From Micavibrio sp. UBA1664 (GTDB taxonomy: Bacteria > Pseudomonadota > Alphaproteobacteria > Micavibrionales > UBA1664), in assembly GCA_002320485.1 (NCBI GenBank), contig DCKW01000067.1, positions 1-39,063 on the forward strand: DNA of 39,063 bases, read 5' to 3'. The position numbers and the translations under genes were made by a program. The notes under the pieces were generated by a model, which searched no databases, had not been told where the DNA came from, and was given only the letters and a program-made list of their open reading frames with translations. Of this stretch, positions 36,213-39,063 are shown piece after piece. Each line of letters starts with the position of its first letter. Within the stretch, counting starts at the first letter, position 1.

Positions 36213-36839
36213 ATGCAATTTTTTGACAAAGGATTTCAACAATACACATCATGTCTGAATGACATGGAAGAGACCGTGGCCGCCATAAAGAATGGTAAAG
36301 CCACCGATCAAATCTGGTTGCTGGAGCACCCGCCATTATATACTGCGGGCACAAGTGCCAATACAAAAGACCTGCTTAATCCACGGTTTCGGGTTTATGA
36401 AACAGGGCGGGGTGGCGAATACACCTATCACGGGCCGGGGCAACGTGTTGCCTATGTGATGATGGATTTGAAAAACCAAATGATAACCCCTGACATTAAA
36501 AAATATATCTGGATGCTTGAGGAATGGATTATCCGTACCTTAGCTGAATTCGATATCAAGGGCGAACGCCGTGCAGGGCGTGTCGGAATATGGGTGGTAA
36601 TGCCTGATAAAACGGAGTCAAAAATCGCCGCTATCGGTGTGCGTATTCGCCACTGGATTACCTTTCATGGCATTGCAATAAATGTAGAGCCTGACTTGTC
36701 CCATTTTAACGGTATCGTTCCGTGCGGAATTTCCAACCATGGTATTACCTCAATCACGCAAATAAACCCTGCCATTACCATGGATATGGTCGATGAGGCA
36801 TTGCGTAAGAATTTTGATTATGCTTATTTAACATCATAA
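36213..36839 (+). CDS. lipB: Octanoyltransferase (lipoyl(octanoyl) transferase)
   Basis: [45 protein letters not shown]. Confidence 0.9.
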   Translation: MQFFDKGFQQYTSCLNDMEETVAAIKNGKATDQIWLLEHPPLYTAGTSANTKDLLNPRFRVYETGRGGEYTYHGPGQRVAYVMMDLKNQMITPDIKKYIWMLEEWIIRTLAEFDIKGERRAGRVGIWVVMPDKTESKIAAIGVRIRHWITFHGIAINVEPDLSHFNGIVPCGISNHGITSITQINPAITMDMVDEALRKNFDYAYLTS

Positions 36840-36863
36840 AACTTATTAAAAAGAGAGAAATGA

Positions 36864-38144
36864 ATGTTCGACTTAAAAGATATCCGCCAGCGTCCCGAAG
36901 AATATGATGTTAACTGGGCTCGTCGCGGGCTTTCACCACAAACGCCGAAAATTTTGGAACTGGATGAAAAGCGGCGTAGCGTTCAGACGCAATTGCAAGA
37001 TATTCAAAACGAACGGAATACGAAATCAAAGGAAATAGGGCTAATTAAGGCTAAAGGTGGGGATGCCGATACCATAATGGCAGAGGTGGCGAGCCTGAAA
37101 GACAAAATGACTGAGCTGGAGCAGGCGGAACGCGATCTGACCGAAAATATGACAGCCTTACTGTCGTCGATCCCCAACCAGTTGGACCCATCCGTTCCCG
37201 ATGGTGAGGACGAAGATGATAATGTTGAAATATCCAAATTCAAGGACACACCGGAAATCGTAAAAGATCATCCTGATCACGTCGAAATCGGCGAGCGTTT
37301 AGGGATGATGGATTTTGAAGTGGCCGCGAAAGTTGCTGGAACACGCTTTGTTGTATTGAAAGGGGCGTTGGCAAAACTTGACCGTGCGATTGCACAACTG
37401 ATGTTGGACACGCATACTGAGGAGCACGGCTATACCGAAATTCAACCGCCGCTATTGGTGTCATCGGATGTAATGTACGGAACCACGCAATTGCCTAAAT
37501 TCGAGGATGACCAGTTTGAAACAACTGACGGGCGCTGGTTATTGCCGACTTCCGAAGTGGTTTTAACAAATCTGGTTCGTGAAGAAATATTGGAAAATTT
37601 TGACAAACCGTTGCGTTTTACCGCTTATACCCCCTGTTTCCGTAAAGAAGCCGGATCGGCAGGGCGCGACACGCGCGGCATGATTCGCCAGCACCAATTT
37701 TATAAAGTGGAAATGGTATCGATCACCAAGCCCGAAGATAGTGACGCAGAGCATGAGCGTATGACAGGATGTGCCGAAGCGATTTTACAAAAGCTTGATT
37801 TGCCATACCGTAAGGTGGTTTTATGTAGTGGGGACATCGGATTTGCCGCGCGCAAAACATATGACCTGGAGGTGTGGGTTCCTGCACAAGGGAAATATCG
37901 CGAAATATCATCCTGTTCCAACTGCGGTGATATTCAATCACGCCGCATGAATGCGCGTTACCGTCCGCAAGGTGAGAAGAAAACCGAATTCGTCCATACC
38001 TTGAACGGCTCTGGGCTGGCGGTCGGACGCACACTTGTTGCGGTCATTGAAAATTACTGGGACGAGGCAACGCAATCCATCATCGTGCCCGACACCTTAA
38101 AACCATACATGGGTGGAATAACTCACATTCAAAAAGCGGTTTAA
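36864..38144 (+). CDS. serS: Serine--tRNA ligase
   Basis: 426 aa. N-terminal coiled-coil arm and class II motifs (FRKEAGSAGRDTRGMIRQHQF, TLNGSGLAVGRTLVA). Confidence 0.95.
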   Translation: MFDLKDIRQRPEEYDVNWARRGLSPQTPKILELDEKRRSVQTQLQDIQNERNTKSKEIGLIKAKGGDADTIMAEVASLKDKMTELEQAERDLTENMTALLSSIPNQLDPSVPDGEDEDDNVEISKFKDTPEIVKDHPDHVEIGERLGMMDFEVAAKVAGTRFVVLKGALAKLDRAIAQLMLDTHTEEHGYTEIQPPLLVSSDVMYGTTQLPKFEDDQFETTDGRWLLPTSEVVLTNLVREEILENFDKPLRFTAYTPCFRKEAGSAGRDTRGMIRQHQFYKVEMVSITKPEDSDAEHERMTGCAEAILQKLDLPYRKVVLCSGDIGFAARKTYDLEVWVPAQGKYREISSCSNCGDIQSRRMNARYRPQGEKKTEFVHTLNGSGLAVGRTLVAVIENYWDEATQSIIVPDTLKPYMGGITHIQKAV

Positions 38145-38154
38145 ACCGCTTTTT
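38131..38154. terminator. 24-nt perfect palindrome between convergent serS and hemA (weak bidirectional terminator candidate)
   Basis: AAAAAGCGGTTT|AAACCGCTTTTT. It contains the serS TAA and ends 1 nt before the hemA stop. The GC stem is only 4-5 bp. Confidence 0.5.
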
Positions 38155-39063
38155 TCAAGCTCTCATGACATTCTGGAATTCGTGGCTGGCCCATAATTGA
38201 TTGAGGGCATCCATAAAAATATTGATATGATCCTTCGTATGTGCGGCGGTGGCGGTCAGGCGCAAACGCTCTGTTCCTTTCGGAACGGTCGGGGCATTGA
38301 TCGGCTGAACATAAATATCATAGTCCTCAAATAATAGCTTGGTAACCATTTTGCAACATGTGTCATCGCCGATAATTAACGGTACAATATGGCTGTCACC
38401 TGCCAATACAGGCATATCGGTTTTTGCGATACATGACTTAAAATAAGCTGTATTAGCGAATAATGTTTGCCTTTCGGTTTGAGAGATTTTCAAATGTTCG
38501 ACACTCGCCAGACATCCTGCCACAACAGCAGGCGGCAGAGCGGTCGTAAAAATAAAGGCGGGCGCATGCAAACGGATTGTTTCGATCAAAATTTTCGATC
38601 CTGTGACAAACCCTCCCATTACGCCATAGGCCTTACCAAATGTGCCTTCAATAATATCTATATCATCCATAAGACCTAGCTGTTGAGCTATGCCGCCACC
38701 TCGATTACCGTAAATGCCGACTGCGTGCACTTCATCCAGATAGGTCATGGCATTATATTTTCTGGCCAAATTGATAATATCCGGAATAGGGGCAATGTCG
38801 CCATCCATGGAATATACAGACTCAAACGCGATCAACTTAGGCGCGGCAACAGGGGCCGCCTTTAACAACTGTTCCAGATGGTCGATATCGTTATGCCGGA
38901 ACACATGTTTTTGTTTTTGACCGTTGCGTATGCCGATAATCATGGATGCATGGTTAAGCTCATCCGAAAATACGATCGTGTCGGAAGGAAGCAGGCGTAT
39001 AATCGCGCCGAGACTTCCTTCATTACTTGTAAATCCTGAAGTAAAAACAAGCGCGGCCTCTTT
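38155..39063 (-). CDS. hemA: 5-aminolevulinate synthase, 3' two-thirds (5' end outside window)
   Basis: The frame stays open past the track's Met to the window edge ([19 protein letters not shown]...[15 protein letters not shown]). PLP-lysine context TFGKAYG. Alpha-oxoamine synthase family. Confidence 0.92.
   Translation of the reverse strand, partial: KEAALVFTSGFTSNEGSLGAIIRLLPSDTIVFSDELNHASMIIGIRNGQKQKHVFRHNDIDHLEQLLKAAPVAAPKLIAFESVYSMDGDIAPIPDIINLARKYNAMTYLDEVHAVGIYGNRGGGIAQQLGLMDDIDIIEGTFGKAYGVMGGFVTGSKILIETIRLHAPAFIFTTALPPAVVAGCLASVEHLKISQTERQTLFANTAYFKSCIAKTDMPVLAGDSHIVPLIIGDDTCCKMVTKLLFEDYDIYVQPINAPTVPKGTERLRLTATAAHTKDHINIFMDALNQLWASHEFQNVMRA

Overview
The window reads as a compact, mostly housekeeping chromosomal segment, G+C roughly low-to-mid 40s % by eye, most likely from an alphaproteobacterium. 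The taxonomic markers are 5-aminolevulinate synthase (C4 haem route), a divergent DUF1192/DUF1013 pair, an RHH_4-type protein, a bolA/J-domain divergent pair, MaeB, an AatA-type aminotransferase and a PfkB adenosine kinase.

I support about 47 protein-coding genes, two tRNAs (Thr-GGU, Leu-GAG), several intrinsic terminators and a few intergenic repeats or dyads. I saw no rRNA, CRISPR array, transposase, integrase, phage genes or recognisable defence island. No flagship novel system is demonstrable from sequence alone.

The pieces that look least ordinary are:
- A terminator-insulated pair of lipolytic enzymes at 7141-9621: a patatin-like phospholipase with no Shine-Dalgarno (SD) sequence, followed by an unclassifiable Ser-hydrolase.
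- A RimK poly-glutamate ligase flanked by two different peptidases, at 16146-18499.
- clpX detached from clpP and followed tightly by an orphan SAM methyltransferase.
- A dimeric-type GlyRS in an alphaproteobacterial context.
- An OXA-like class D beta-lactamase overlapping nnrD.
- An adenosine-kinase / orphan YejA-like binding protein / lipoprotein / ygfZ operon with ATGA coupling.
- An architecture in which most convergent gene pairs overlap or abut. Three pairs share a single TTAA or TTAG as both stop codons.

All functional calls come from reading motifs in the supplied translations. No database search was possible, so family names are recollection-based and start codons are provisional.
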